Origin: an uncultured virus (IMG/VR IMGVR_UViG_3300025018_000106)
Lineage: Duplodnaviria; Heunggongvirae; Uroviricota; Caudoviricetes
IMG/VR virus record: IMGVR_UViG_3300025018_000106
Direction: 5' to 3' (one strand)
Length of the DNA stretch: 64,000 nt
A program made the position numbers and the translations under genes. The stretch's first letter is position 1, and every line of letters starts with the position of its first letter. Under the pieces are notes generated by a model. That model ran no database searches, was not told where the DNA came from, and worked only from the letters and a program-made list of their open reading frames with translations. This document shows, piece by piece, positions 1 to 10,646 of the stretch.

Positions 1-1425
1 GTGAACACGTCCCGCCAGGCAGGCAAGACGACGACCGCGGTCGCTGTGATTCTACACTACGTCCTATTCAACGACCACAAGACAGTCGCACTACTCGCGA
101 ACAAGGGTGACGCGGCCCGAGAAATCTTGGACCGTATCAAGATCGCCTACGAAGCTTCGCCTAAGTGGTTGCAACAAGGTGTTGTCGAATGGAACAAGGG
201 TTCGGTCGAATTCGAGAACGGTTGCAAAATCCTTGCGGCCGCAACATCATCGTCTGCTATCCGTGGTAAGTCGGTTTCGTTTCTATACATTGACGAAACG
301 GCGTTCGTGGAAAACTGGGACGAATTCTTTGCATCGGTTCTGCCTACTATTTCATCTGGTACCACAACCAAGATGTTGTTCACGTCTACACCAAACGGTC
401 TGAACCACTTCTACAAGACATGTGAAGGCGCAAAAGAGGTGTCTCTGCCGGAGTTTGGCGAAGAACCTACCCGTGTTGGCAAGAACGGTTTCATCTACAT
501 CGAAGTGCCTTGGAAAGAAGTGCCAGGTCGCGACGAAGCGTGGAAGAAAGACACACTTGCATCCATGGACTTCGATGTTCAAAAATTCGCACAAGAATTT
601 GAATGTGAGTTTCTTGGTTCGTCCGGCACGCTTATCGATGGTTCGAAACTCAAGGACCTGGTTATCAAGACGCCTCTTGCGGAACGCGACGGTTTCTCCG
701 TCTACGAGAACGTCAAAGAAGGTCACACCTACGTTTGTGTGGTCGACGTATCTCGCGGCAAAGGTCTTGACTACTCAGCGTTCCAGGTTATTGACGTAAC
801 GAGAATGCCGTATCGTCTGGTCTGTTCTTTCCGTGACAATATGGTGACACCAATCGACTACGCCGAATACATCTATCGAACCATCAAGGAATACAATGAC
901 GCATATGCCTTGATCGAAGTCAACGATATCGGGGAACAGGTCGCAGAACTCTTGCACTTCGACTTTGAGGTTGAGACGCTCATGTTCACCGAGAACGCAG
1001 GTCGGTCCGGCAAGCGAATCTCAGGCGGTTTCGGTCGAAACGTTGACAAGGGTATTCGAACCACCAAATCAGTCAAGGCCATCGGTTGTAACATGCTGAA
1101 GATGATGGTCGAACAAGATCAGCTCATCATCCACGACTTCCACACCATCAACGAACTGTCTACATTCTCGCGAAAGGGCGTCTCATACGAAGCAGAACCT
1201 GGTTGTCATGACGACTTGGTCATGTGTCTTGTGTTGTTCGGTTGGTTGTCTGACCAGAATTTCTTCAAAGAAATTACCGATATCAACACAATGGCGAAAT
1301 TGAAACAGAGAAACGAAGAGCAGATGGAAGAAAGCATGTTGCCTCTCGGATTCTCCGTCAACAACGAAATGTTCGATGAACCAGAGATTCCACAGCGAAT
1401 CGTGGATTCTTGGTTCAACTACTAA
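1..1425 (+). CDS. gp17: Terminase large subunit (5' part outside window)
   Basis: Walker A SRQAGKTT, Walker B LYIDE, STPNG, nuclease DVSRG and HDDLVM; precedes tail sheath. Confidence 0.97.
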   Translation: MNTSRQAGKTTTAVAVILHYVLFNDHKTVALLANKGDAAREILDRIKIAYEASPKWLQQGVVEWNKGSVEFENGCKILAAATSSSAIRGKSVSFLYIDETAFVENWDEFFASVLPTISSGTTTKMLFTSTPNGLNHFYKTCEGAKEVSLPEFGEEPTRVGKNGFIYIEVPWKEVPGRDEAWKKDTLASMDFDVQKFAQEFECEFLGSSGTLIDGSKLKDLVIKTPLAERDGFSVYENVKEGHTYVCVVDVSRGKGLDYSAFQVIDVTRMPYRLVCSFRDNMVTPIDYAEYIYRTIKEYNDAYALIEVNDIGEQVAELLHFDFEVETLMFTENAGRSGKRISGGFGRNVDKGIRTTKSVKAIGCNMLKMMVEQDQLIIHDFHTINELSTFSRKGVSYEAEPGCHDDLVMCLVLFGWLSDQNFFKEITDINTMAKLKQRNEEQMEESMLPLGFSVNNEMFDEPEIPQRIVDSWFNY

Positions 1426-1442
1426 TGCCAAGGTGCCTATTT

Positions 1443-1450
1443 TATAAATA
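1443..1450 (+). promoter_or_regulatory. T4-type late promoter TATAAATA
   Basis: Exact motif upstream of gp18; gp55 is encoded in the window. Confidence 0.85.
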
Positions 1451-1497
1451 GATCAGACAAGATTTGAAATCTGTAATCATAGGCAAGGAGTATTCAA

Positions 1498-3264
1498 ATG
1501 GCTTTTCAACTTAGCCCAGGCGTGAACGTTAGCGAAATTGACCTAACGACCGTTGTGCCGGCAGTGGGCACTACGGAAGGCGCGATTGCAGGTGTGTTCC
1601 GTTGGGGTCCAACACTAGAACGCATCCTGGTTTCTTCCGAAGTAGAACTTGTTTCTCGCTTTGGTGAACCATATGCGAACACGACATGGCAGAACTACGA
1701 GACATGGTTTGCTGCGGCAAACTTCCTGTCTTACAGCGACGCTCTATATGTTGTCCGCGTTGACAACGGCGCAAACACCGCAACAGCAACAAACTTCGAC
1801 GCTGCGTATGCAGGCGCACTCGGTAACTCTCTGAAGGTTTCCTTCTGCGACTCCGCTTCCTTCGCTGAAGCAAACAGCGGCGGAGTATCGCTGTCAATCA
1901 ACGCATCAAGCAATACAGGCACTTTCGCGTCCAACAACGTCACTGTTGAAGTAGGCGATATCGTCAAGATTGGCAACCAAGAACTGCTAGTCACCGAAGC
2001 GACGGTTGATGGAAACACCACAAACGTCTCTTTCGCAACGAAATATATCGCTGCACAAGATTATCAAGACACCACATGGGCCTCTCAGTGGGGTTACGCG
2101 AACCTGTTTGACGCAGCACCAGCAGCAAACACTCTGCACATCGTTGTGTCGGATGAAGGCGGCGAATTCACAGGAACACCAAGAACGGTTCTTGAAGTCT
2201 ACGATGGTGTTTCTACGGCCTCAGGCGCGAAGAACCTTGACGGTTCTACGAACTCCTGGAAAGAAGTGCTTGAACAGCGTTCTAAGTTTGTTCGCGGCGG
2301 TGCAACTGTGCCTACAGGCAATGGTTACCAAACACTTTCAGGTGGTACCGACGGCGACCAGGAAACTTCTAACAACAACATTTCAGCGTTGGCGAACGGA
2401 TACGACATGTTCCGCAACTCTGAGGATGTTGATATTTCTCTTATCATCCTGGGCCACCCGCTGAGTAACACATTGTCTAACTACATCATCGACAACGTGG
2501 CAGAATATCGCAAAGATGCTGTGGCGTTCATCACACCAGAACTCGATTCTGTGAACTCCTACACAGCGCAGAACATTGTAAACAGCGTAACAGGTGTTGA
2601 CTATTCACCTCTATCCGCATCGTCCTACGCAGTCGTTGACTCTGGTTACAAATACCAGTATGACAAGTATGCTGACGTTTACCGTTGGGTGCCGCTGAAC
2701 GGCGATATTGCGGGTCTCTGCGCTCGCACAGACGACATTCGTGACCCATGGTTCTCACCAGCAGGTTACAATCGCGGTTCGATCAAGAACATCGTCAAAC
2801 TGGCTTTGAACCCGAACCGTTCGGAACGTGACCTGCTTTACAAGAACTATGTCAACCCGGTTGTCACACAGCCTGGCCAGGGCACGGTTCTATTTGGCGA
2901 CAAGACGTTCCTCGGTCGCCCGTCCGCGTTTGATCGTATCAACGTTCGCCGTCTGTTCATCGTTCTGGAGAAGGCAATCGCTATCGCTGCGAAGTCTACT
3001 CTGTTCGAATTCAACGACGAATTCACTCGCGCTCAATTCCGTAACCTTGTCGAACCTTTCCTACGAGACGTTCAAGGTCGTCGCGGTATCTTTGACTTCC
3101 GCGTTGTTTGCGACACGACGAACAACACACCTGAAGTCATTGACAGCAACCGCTTCGTTGGTGGTATCTACATCAAACCAGCACGTTCTATCAACTTCAT
3201 CCAGTTGAACTTCGTCGCTGTTCGCACCGGTGTGGAATTCAACGAAATCGTCGGTCAATTCTAA
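1498..3264 (+). CDS. gp18: Tail sheath protein
   Basis: SPGVNVSEIDLT N-terminus, WFSPAG, RINVRRLF, KPARSINFI. Confidence 0.97.
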   Translation: MAFQLSPGVNVSEIDLTTVVPAVGTTEGAIAGVFRWGPTLERILVSSEVELVSRFGEPYANTTWQNYETWFAAANFLSYSDALYVVRVDNGANTATATNFDAAYAGALGNSLKVSFCDSASFAEANSGGVSLSINASSNTGTFASNNVTVEVGDIVKIGNQELLVTEATVDGNTTNVSFATKYIAAQDYQDTTWASQWGYANLFDAAPAANTLHIVVSDEGGEFTGTPRTVLEVYDGVSTASGAKNLDGSTNSWKEVLEQRSKFVRGGATVPTGNGYQTLSGGTDGDQETSNNNISALANGYDMFRNSEDVDISLIILGHPLSNTLSNYIIDNVAEYRKDAVAFITPELDSVNSYTAQNIVNSVTGVDYSPLSASSYAVVDSGYKYQYDKYADVYRWVPLNGDIAGLCARTDDIRDPWFSPAGYNRGSIKNIVKLALNPNRSERDLLYKNYVNPVVTQPGQGTVLFGDKTFLGRPSAFDRINVRRLFIVLEKAIAIAAKSTLFEFNDEFTRAQFRNLVEPFLRDVQGRRGIFDFRVVCDTTNNTPEVIDSNRFVGGIYIKPARSINFIQLNFVAVRTGVEFNEIVGQF

Positions 3265-3280
3265 GACAGACCATAACACC

Positions 3281-3310
3281 AAAAGAAAGGGGGCGCAAGC
3301 CCCCTTTTTT
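3281..3310. terminator. Bidirectional intrinsic terminator
   Basis: GGGGGC-GCAA-GCCCCC hairpin flanked by A and T tracts between convergent genes. Confidence 0.85.
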
Positions 3311-4016
3311 ATGCTTCGTTGGTTGAGATTGGTCGTCCTTTTCGGTCAACCAGAATAGGTCGTCCGTTAGGATTGAACACTGTCTTTGGCCATCGAATAC
3401 CGCCCGTTCTGAGACGACTCTTGGAGATGAAAGTTTCTGTAACGGCGTTGGACTGGTTGCCGCCGAGAACGTGATACTCGGTCGCAGTCTCACCAACATA
3501 GAAACCGACGTGACCTTTCCAAGACGACGGCGAACCGCGCCAGAAAACGAGAACAGCACCGTATTGTGGTGTGCATTCTACACCAAACTTGGTCCAGTTT
3601 GCGGCTAGGTATGGATTCGTCGGAATCGGTTCGTTGTCAAGCGTCAAAGCGATTGCGGTTTGAACGAAGTCGCCACACCAAGGAATCTCGGCCGGGTCGC
3701 CTACGGTCGAACCGTCAGACTTTAACCATTCCTTGATACGAGGATTGCGTTCGTGTAGACCTTTGACGTGATACGCTTGGTCCATCCAAGGCGCGCCTTG
3801 GATCACAGCAGGCGGCGTTGGTTTTGCGCTGCTTAGATTGGTTGCAAACAACTCGGCAGAGGTTTTTGGTCCTACGATGCCGTCAACAGTCAAACCTTTG
3901 TCTGCCTGAAATCTTTTGATCGCTGCGATAGTCAGACGACCCCGAATGCCGTCAATCGGACCGGGATCGTATCCCAGATCGGACAGACGTTTTTGAATTT
4001 CTAGTGTCTTGTTCAT
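3309..4016 (-). CDS. Endolysin-like: PG-binding domain plus TIGR02594/NlpC-P60-like peptidase
   Basis: LGYDPGPIDGIxG..FQ..GLTVDGIVGPKT, PWCG, GHVGFYVG, VLGGNQSNAV; start placed at ATG after GAGGGAG RBS. Confidence 0.85.
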   Translation of the reverse strand: MNKTLEIQKRLSDLGYDPGPIDGIRGRLTIAAIKRFQADKGLTVDGIVGPKTSAELFATNLSSAKPTPPAVIQGAPWMDQAYHVKGLHERNPRIKEWLKSDGSTVGDPAEIPWCGDFVQTAIALTLDNEPIPTNPYLAANWTKFGVECTPQYGAVLVFWRGSPSSWKGHVGFYVGETATEYHVLGGNQSNAVTETFISKSRLRTGGIRWPKTVFNPNGRPILVDRKGRPISTNEA

Positions 4017-4081
4017 AATAGCTCCCTCTTGTCTCGCGGAATGCAAGTGAGGCTATTTATTCAGACGAAGTGTCCGAATCA

Positions 4082-4089
4082 TATAAATA
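4082..4089 (+). promoter_or_regulatory. Late promoter TATAAATA
   Basis: Exact motif upstream of gp19. Confidence 0.8.
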
Positions 4090-4135
4090 CAACGAAGCAG
4101 ATTACCATGAATGGTGTTAACAAGGAGAACAATAA

Positions 4136-4690
4136 ATGGCCTTCAACGTAAACGAAATCAAAAGCCAATTGACTTTCGGCGGTGCCAAGGCGTCTCATTT
4201 CCAGGTTCAGATTACGAACCCTATCAACGGAATTGCAGACCTGAAAACACCGTTTATGGTTCAAGCGGCATCGATCCCTGAATCGACAATGGGTGTTATC
4301 GAAATCCCTTACTTCGGTCGCAAGATCAAGATGGCAGGTGACCGCACGTTCGCAGAATGGACAGTCACAGTCATGAACGACGAGGACTTCCTCATTCGTA
4401 ACGCGATGGAAGAATGGATGGCGGCAATCAACTCGCACCAGGGCAACCTGAGACAACTCGCATCCGCAGCGCCTGCTGAATACAAGTCACAAGCACAGAT
4501 CACGCAATTCTCTAAGACGGGTGTTGAATTGCGCACATACACGTTCAACGGCATCTTTCCTTCTAACGTCGCGCCTATCGTGACAGACTGGGACACGACA
4601 GACGACATTGAGCGTTTTGACGTTACGTTCCAATATGACTGGTGGGAAGTCACCGGCGGCGTTACTGGAAACGCTTCTACAAACGCCTAA
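4136..4690 (+). CDS. gp19: Tail tube protein
   Basis: YFGRKIKMAGDRTFAEWTVTVMNDEDF; synteny. Confidence 0.96.
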   Translation: MAFNVNEIKSQLTFGGAKASHFQVQITNPINGIADLKTPFMVQAASIPESTMGVIEIPYFGRKIKMAGDRTFAEWTVTVMNDEDFLIRNAMEEWMAAINSHQGNLRQLASAAPAEYKSQAQITQFSKTGVELRTYTFNGIFPSNVAPIVTDWDTTDDIERFDVTFQYDWWEVTGGVTGNASTNA

Positions 4691-4753
4691 TGAATGAACG
4701 AATTGAAAGGGGCGCTTAGCCCCTTTCTGTCTTGTGGGTAGAAAGGATATATC

Positions 4754-6292
4754 GTGGAACTGTTTGGTTTTGAAATCAAGAGAAAGAAAGAAGAAAACCA
4801 GAACATCAAGTCGTTTGCAGAACCGCAGACGGATGATGGTGCTGTAACTGTTGCTGCCGCTGGCGGCGCGGTTTCGAGTTTCATTGACCTTGAAGGCACT
4901 GCCAAGACTGAAGCGGAACTTGTCCAGCGTTGTCGCGGTATGTTGCAACAACCCGAAGTCGAAATGGCGGTTGATGATATCGTTAACGAGGCCATCAACA
5001 TCACCGACGACCAGAAAGTGGTCGAGTGTGTGACTGACGACCTCGAATTGTCCGACAACATCAAGAAGCGCATTCGCGAAGAATTCGATATCGTCCTGAA
5101 GCTTCTAGACTTTTCGAACCAGGGCTACGACATTTTCCAGAAGTGGTATGTTGACGGTCGCTTGAACTACCACGTCATGATTGACGAAAAGAACCCGAAG
5201 AAAGGTATTCAAGAACTTAGATACATCGATCCTCGAAAGTTGCGCAAGATTCGTGAATATCACCAAGAAAATGTTCAGAACAACGGCAACGCCGGCTTCG
5301 TCAAGAGAATCAAGAACGAATACTACATCTATAACGACAAAGGTTTCAACAACCTTGGTGTCACACCGCAGACGATGGCACCGACGAATACGAACACGAC
5401 CGGTCTACGCATTGCGAAGGACTCTATCGTGTATTGCAACTCGGGCATCCTAAATGAGAACAACACTCTTGTTCTATCACATTTGCACAAGGCTTACAAG
5501 CCTCTAAACCAGTTGCGAATGATGGAAGATGCGGTTGTGATCTATCGTATCTCACGCGCACCTGAGCGCCGTATCTTCTACATTGACGTTGGTAACCTGC
5601 CTAAGATGAAGGCAGAACAATATCTCCGCGACATGATGGCGAAGCACAAGAACCGTCTTGTCTACAACATGGAGACCGGCGAGGTCAAAGACGACAGACG
5701 CCATATGTCCATGACTGACGACTTCTGGTTGCCACGTCGCGAAGGCGGTAAAGGTACCGAAATCACGACATTGCCAGGCGGTCAGAACTTGGGCGAAATG
5801 GAGGACATCCTCTATTTCCAAAAGCGTCTATACCGCGCGCTGAAAGTGCCTATCACGCGAATGGAAGCGGAAAACGGATTCTCGCTTGGTCGTGCATCCG
5901 AAATCTCACGCGACGAAGTGAAGTTTTCGAAATTCATTCGTCGCCTAAGAGCGCGCTTCTCTATTCTATTTGACAAGTGCCTTGAAAAGCAGTTGATCTT
6001 GAAAGGCGTCATTACACCTGAGGAGTGGCCCTCTATTCAGCAGAACCTGCGTTACAATTTCATGCAGGACAACCACTTCGAAGAACTGAAATTCGCTGAA
6101 ATACTTCAGAACCGAATTACGTTGCTTCGTGATCTTGACGAATACACCGGCAAATACTACTCGAAAGAGTGGGTCCGCAAGAGTGTCCTTTACATGACCG
6201 AGGACGAGATTGATAAAATCAAGAAGCAGATTGAAACCGAGAAAAAAGAAGAGCCCGACGAGGAAGAAATCGAAGGCGGCGGATTCCAGTAA
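4754..6292 (+). CDS. gp20: Portal vertex protein
   Basis: WYVDGR, YRISRAPERRIFYIDVGNLPK, WLPRREGGKGTEITTLPGG. Confidence 0.98.
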   Translation: MELFGFEIKRKKEENQNIKSFAEPQTDDGAVTVAAAGGAVSSFIDLEGTAKTEAELVQRCRGMLQQPEVEMAVDDIVNEAINITDDQKVVECVTDDLELSDNIKKRIREEFDIVLKLLDFSNQGYDIFQKWYVDGRLNYHVMIDEKNPKKGIQELRYIDPRKLRKIREYHQENVQNNGNAGFVKRIKNEYYIYNDKGFNNLGVTPQTMAPTNTNTTGLRIAKDSIVYCNSGILNENNTLVLSHLHKAYKPLNQLRMMEDAVVIYRISRAPERRIFYIDVGNLPKMKAEQYLRDMMAKHKNRLVYNMETGEVKDDRRHMSMTDDFWLPRREGGKGTEITTLPGGQNLGEMEDILYFQKRLYRALKVPITRMEAENGFSLGRASEISRDEVKFSKFIRRLRARFSILFDKCLEKQLILKGVITPEEWPSIQQNLRYNFMQDNHFEELKFAEILQNRITLLRDLDEYTGKYYSKEWVRKSVLYMTEDEIDKIKKQIETEKKEEPDEEEIEGGGFQ

Positions 6293-6343
6293 GGACGCAA
6301 TATTGATAAATAGGACGACAAATTCAACCAAGGAGTATTTCAA

Positions 6344-6571
6344 ATGAGCATCAAAGACCTAATCAACAAGGCATACGAAAAGGACGCTTCTGGCTTTGAA
6401 TCTCTTTTCTCAGACATTATGTCGGAGAAGATGGAAGCAGCAATCGGCGCCAAGTATGACGACATGTTCGAAGCCAAGGAATCCGACGACGAGGAAGATG
6501 AGTCTGACGACGACGAGGATGACGAGGAAGATGAGTCTGACGACGACGAGGATGACGAGGACGAGTGCTAA
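6344..6571 (+). CDS. Small acidic prohead core protein (gp67-like)
   Basis: Position after gp20; D/E-rich tail. Confidence 0.7.
   Translation: MSIKDLINKAYEKDASGFESLFSDIMSEKMEAAIGAKYDDMFEAKESDDEEDESDDDEDDEEDESDDDEDDEDEC
6488..6561 (+). repeat. 33-bp tandem repeat (about 2.2 copies) encoding an acidic tail
   Basis: GACGAGGAAGATGAGTCTGACGACGACGAGGAT twice plus a partial copy. Confidence 0.9.
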
Positions 6572-6594
6572 TCACCAATCGGGGAGCCCGAACA

Positions 6595-7329
6595 ATGAAA
6601 ACGCTGAAGCAAATCATTGCTGAGACAGTGAATCCGCCGAAGTCGCCGGACGAAAGACGTTTTATCGCGAAACATTGCGTGGACGTTATCGACCATCCTG
6701 TTGCGACCGACGCGCAAGAAACTGGCGGCAAAACAGCAAAAGACAGATCGCGTAAGGCCGACCGTGAGAAGCCCGAGGACGAAATCGTTTACGAAGGTTA
6801 CCGCCTAGTCATGGTATCCAAAGACGGTGAACGTTTCAAGTCTGGCATCTATGACGACAAGAAAAAGGCAGACGATGCACATTGGAAGGCAGCCAAGACG
6901 AACAAGTGGAAATCCATCAAGGTCGTCAAAGAAAGCGCATTCCTGGAATCGTTTGAAGAAGCTGATCTAGGCATCGAACTTGACGAAATGTCCGACGCGC
7001 GTATGAAGAAGCGCGAAGAAATCGTGAAGTCGATGAAGAAAAACCAGGCAGACTTCAAGAAGCGTTACGGTGATGATTGGAAGAACGTCATGTATGCGAC
7101 GGCGACCAAGCAGGCGATGAAAGAAGAAATGATTTTCGAAGCCAAGATCGCATCATCCATGAAACTCAAGGACGGATCGTCTGTCAAACTCTCAGAGGAC
7201 GACCAGGCCGCGCTGAAAGAACTATTCAAGGAATTGAATGGTTCTAACCGTAAGCGTATGGAGTCGCGCATGATGGAAAGCGAAAAGGGTTTCAAGGAAA
7301 TCCTACAATTCGCTAAGGAGGCCATGTAA
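6595..7329 (+). CDS. Prohead core/internal head protein
   Basis: Head operon; MKTLKQIIAE N-terminus; KKRYG..WKNVMYATATK motif. Confidence 0.65.
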   Translation: MKTLKQIIAETVNPPKSPDERRFIAKHCVDVIDHPVATDAQETGGKTAKDRSRKADREKPEDEIVYEGYRLVMVSKDGERFKSGIYDDKKKADDAHWKAAKTNKWKSIKVVKESAFLESFEEADLGIELDEMSDARMKKREEIVKSMKKNQADFKKRYGDDWKNVMYATATKQAMKEEMIFEAKIASSMKLKDGSSVKLSEDDQAALKELFKELNGSNRKRMESRMMESEKGFKEILQFAKEAM

Positions 7330-7577
7330 TGTCACGCATCGTCAAACCACTTTCCGTTGAAGCTTCTGTCACGGCCGCTAACACAGTGTCTAGTGCAACT
7401 GTTGTCAGAGCATATGCTGCGTCGGCGGCAGTGGTGACGGTCAAAGACAGCGAAGGCACCACAATCGGTTCTTTCACCATGCCTGCCGCAACGGTCGACT
7501 ACATCAAAAAGGCGCCGACGGACACGATTGAAGCTAATGTCGCCATTCTCTGCACCTCGGTAGCTTATGCAGGATAA
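7329..7577 (+). CDS. Hypothetical head-cluster protein
   Basis: Coupled ORF (TAATG) before gp21. Confidence 0.7.
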   Translation: MSRIVKPLSVEASVTAANTVSSATVVRAYAASAAVVTVKDSEGTTIGSFTMPAATVDYIKKAPTDTIEANVAILCTSVAYAG

Positions 7578-7588
7578 GGAAAAGAAAT

Positions 7589-8269
7589 ATGTCACTACTC
7601 ATTAAAGAACTGGTAGAAGATGTATCTTACCTAACAGAAGCGGACGAGTCTGGCAAGAAGTCTTACTACATCGAAGGTATCATCATGCAAGGTGATATCA
7701 AGAACCGTAACGGCCGTATCTATCCAGGCAACGTTCTGAAACGTGAGGTCGAAAGATACAACGAAAACTATGTTTCCAAGAAACGCGCATATGGCGAACT
7801 AGGCCACCCAAGTGGTCCGACCATCAACCTTGATCGCGTCTCGCACATGTTCACCAATCTGCAAGCCGAGGGTTCGAACATCGTCGGCAAGGCAAAGGTC
7901 ATGGGAACACCTATGGGTGTGATTATCAAGAACCTGATTGATGAAGGTGCGAACCTTGGTATTTCCTCTCGCGGTATGGGTTCTGTTCGTAAGAACTCGG
8001 AAGGCATCATGGAAGTGCAGAACGACTTCATGCTCGCATCAGCGGGCGATATCGTTGCTGATCCATCCGCACCAGACGCTTTCGTGAAAGGTATTCTAGA
8101 AGGTGTTGAATGGGTGTATGACGTTGCATCATCTTCCTGGACTGTTGCAAACACGTTTGACGAAATCGAAGAAGAAGTCAAGCAGGTTGCGAAAGTCTCG
8201 CGCAAGCAATTGGAAGAGCAGGCAGCACGTCACTTTGAAAAATTCTTGAAATCCCTATCGAAATCTTGA
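7589..8269 (+). CDS. gp21: Prohead protease
   Basis: KNRNGRIYP, GELGHP, GISSRGMGS, DIVADPSAPDAFV. Confidence 0.97.
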   Translation: MSLLIKELVEDVSYLTEADESGKKSYYIEGIIMQGDIKNRNGRIYPGNVLKREVERYNENYVSKKRAYGELGHPSGPTINLDRVSHMFTNLQAEGSNIVGKAKVMGTPMGVIIKNLIDEGANLGISSRGMGSVRKNSEGIMEVQNDFMLASAGDIVADPSAPDAFVKGILEGVEWVYDVASSSWTVANTFDEIEEEVKQVAKVSRKQLEEQAARHFEKFLKSLSKS

Positions 8270-8317
8270 ATGTTATAAATAAGTGTAATTGAATATCACT
8301 TCAATAGGAGAAATCAC

Positions 8318-9259
8318 ATGAGCAAAGAGCTAGAAAACCTAGAAGAAAAGAAGGCGACTGGCGAAGCTTCTGTTGCACCAGACGCTGTTACACCAGCTGG
8401 CGGCCCAGTCAAGAAGCGTCGCGCGGACCTGAAAAAGAAGGTTACCGACGGTTCGCCTGAGACCGTTGAAAAGAACGGTGTCAAGACGCCACAGGGTTCC
8501 CATGACGTTGGCATGAAAGAAGAAGCCGAGACAGAAGAATTCAGCCTTGAAGAAGCGTTTGAAGGTCTGTTTGAAGGTACCGATCTTTCTGAGGACTTCA
8601 AGACAAAGACACTCGCAATCTTCGAAGCGGCTGTTCACGAAAAGGTTTCTGCAAAGACCGCAGAACTGGAAGAACAGTTTGAAAACGACCTCGCAGAGCA
8701 AGTTGAAGCAGCGATTGACGAACTGACCGAAAAGGCCGATTCGTATCTTGATTATGTTGTCGAGAACTGGATGGAAGCAAACGAAGTTGCTATCGAAAGC
8801 AACATCAAGATTGAAGTCGCTGAGTCTCTACTTGACGGCATCAAGGGTCTTGTTTCTGAGCACAACATCGAACTTGACGAGGAAGGCGTTGACGCGCTGG
8901 CCGAAGTCGAAGCACAACTTGAGGAGTCCAACAAGAAATACAACGATCTTGTTGAAGAAATGATGGATCTCAAGGAAGAAAAGCAGAAGCTGGAAATCGA
9001 AGCAGCTTTTGACGACATTGCAGAAGGTCTAACAGAGACCCAGGCTGACAAACTTTCCGTTCTTGCTGAAGGCGTTTCTTTCAAGTCTGTCACAGACTAC
9101 AGAAAGAAGGTCGAAGCGCTGAAGGAAAGCCTTTTCACCGAGGCGGCTGCACCTGCAACGGACGAGACAGAGTTTCTTGAGGAAGAAGCGAAAGCGCCCG
9201 TCCTTGACGAATCCATCAAGCACTATGTTTCTGTTCTGGACCGCGCATTCGCGAAATAA
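8318..9259 (+). CDS. gp22: Prohead scaffold protein
   Basis: Acidic coiled coil, IFEAAV, YLDYVVENW; late promoter at 8274. Confidence 0.93.
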   Translation: MSKELENLEEKKATGEASVAPDAVTPAGGPVKKRRADLKKKVTDGSPETVEKNGVKTPQGSHDVGMKEEAETEEFSLEEAFEGLFEGTDLSEDFKTKTLAIFEAAVHEKVSAKTAELEEQFENDLAEQVEAAIDELTEKADSYLDYVVENWMEANEVAIESNIKIEVAESLLDGIKGLVSEHNIELDEEGVDALAEVEAQLEESNKKYNDLVEEMMDLKEEKQKLEIEAAFDDIAEGLTETQADKLSVLAEGVSFKSVTDYRKKVEALKESLFTEAAAPATDETEFLEEEAKAPVLDESIKHYVSVLDRAFAK

Positions 9260-9309
9260 GAGTTTTTATAAATAGTCATTAGATACGTCTCAAAGAGGAG
9301 AAAATTCAA

Positions 9310-10593
9310 ATGAGAAACGAAGAACTGATGAAGAAGTGGGGTCCTATCCTAGAACACTCTGCTCTTCCTGCCATTGGTGATCGTCACCGTGCAGCAGTGA
9401 CCGCAACGCTTCTGGAGAACACGGAAGTCTCTCTCCGTGAGGGTCAATCCTACTCTCCACGCGCGCTTCTTTCCGAAGCACCGCACGTCAACAACACAGG
9501 TGAGGTTCAGAACTACGATCCTGTCCTTATCTCTCTTGTTCGTCGCGCGATGCCGAACCTGGTTGCATACGACATTGCAGGCGTTCAGCCTATGCCAGGC
9601 CCAACCGGTCTGATCTTCGCAATGCGCTCCAACTACGTTGACGCTGCAAACACCGCAGTCAAGACCGAAACCTTCTACAACGAAGTTGACACCGACTTCT
9701 CCGGTACAGGCACACAGGCAGGCACCACAGGTACCGCCGCAACTGCTAACACCGGTACCGGTATGTCCACCGCAGCTGCTGAAGCTCTGGGTGACGGTGT
9801 TGGTGCAGACTTTGCACAGATGAGCTTCCAGATCGACAAGGTCTCCGTTACGGCGAAGTCCCGCGCTCTGAAAGCAGAATACACCACCGAACTCGCACAA
9901 GACTTGAAGGCGATCCACGGCCTTGATGCTGAGACAGAACTGGCGAACATGCTTTCGGCAGAACTGCTCGCAGAAATCAACCGTGAAGTCGTCCGCACAG
10001 TCTACACAACTGCGACAACCGGTTCCCCAGCCACCGCATCTGCTGGTACTTTCGACCTTGACGTTGACTCCAACGGTCGTTGGTCCGTTGAAAAATTCAA
10101 GGGTCTGATGTTCCAGATCGAAAAAGAAGCGAACGCGATTGCGAAAGCAACCCGTCGCGGTAAGGGTAACATCATCCTCTGCTCCTCTGACGTTGCATCC
10201 GCACTTCAGATGGCTGGTGTGCTAGACCACACACCAGCGCTGAACAGCAACAACCTGAACCCAGACGACACGGGTAACACCTTCGTCGGCGTTCTGAACG
10301 GTCGCTTCCGCGTCTACATCGACCCATACTCCGGCGGCAACTACATGGTTGTTGGCTACAAGGGTTCGAACGCGTTCGACGCCGGCCTGTTCTACTGCCC
10401 ATACGTTCCGCTACAGATGGTCCGCGCGGTTGGTGAGAACAGCTTCCAGTCCAAGCTGGGCTTCAAGACCCGCTACGGCATGGTTGCTAACCCATTCGCA
10501 AAAGGCGCAACCCAGTGGGTTGACGGCGACAGCGGTCTGACCGCAAACAGCAACGTCTACTACCGTAGAACGCAGGTCACCAACCTTCTGTAA
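9310..10593 (+). CDS. gp23: Major capsid protein
   Basis: SRALKAEYTTELAQDLKAIHGLDAE, FYCPYVPL, GFKTRYG; late promoter at 9267. Confidence 0.99.
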   Translation: MRNEELMKKWGPILEHSALPAIGDRHRAAVTATLLENTEVSLREGQSYSPRALLSEAPHVNNTGEVQNYDPVLISLVRRAMPNLVAYDIAGVQPMPGPTGLIFAMRSNYVDAANTAVKTETFYNEVDTDFSGTGTQAGTTGTAATANTGTGMSTAAAEALGDGVGADFAQMSFQIDKVSVTAKSRALKAEYTTELAQDLKAIHGLDAETELANMLSAELLAEINREVVRTVYTTATTGSPATASAGTFDLDVDSNGRWSVEKFKGLMFQIEKEANAIAKATRRGKGNIILCSSDVASALQMAGVLDHTPALNSNNLNPDDTGNTFVGVLNGRFRVYIDPYSGGNYMVVGYKGSNAFDAGLFYCPYVPLQMVRAVGENSFQSKLGFKTRYGMVANPFAKGATQWVDGDSGLTANSNVYYRRTQVTNLL

Positions 10594-10620
10594 TCAGAAG
10601 TCGGGTTAACCGAACGAATT

Positions 10621-10646
10621 AGGGCACCTTCGGGTGCCCTTTTTTT
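10621..10646 (+). terminator. Intrinsic terminator with UUCG loop
   Basis: AGGGCACC-TTCG-GGTGCCCT followed by a T tract. Confidence 0.92.
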
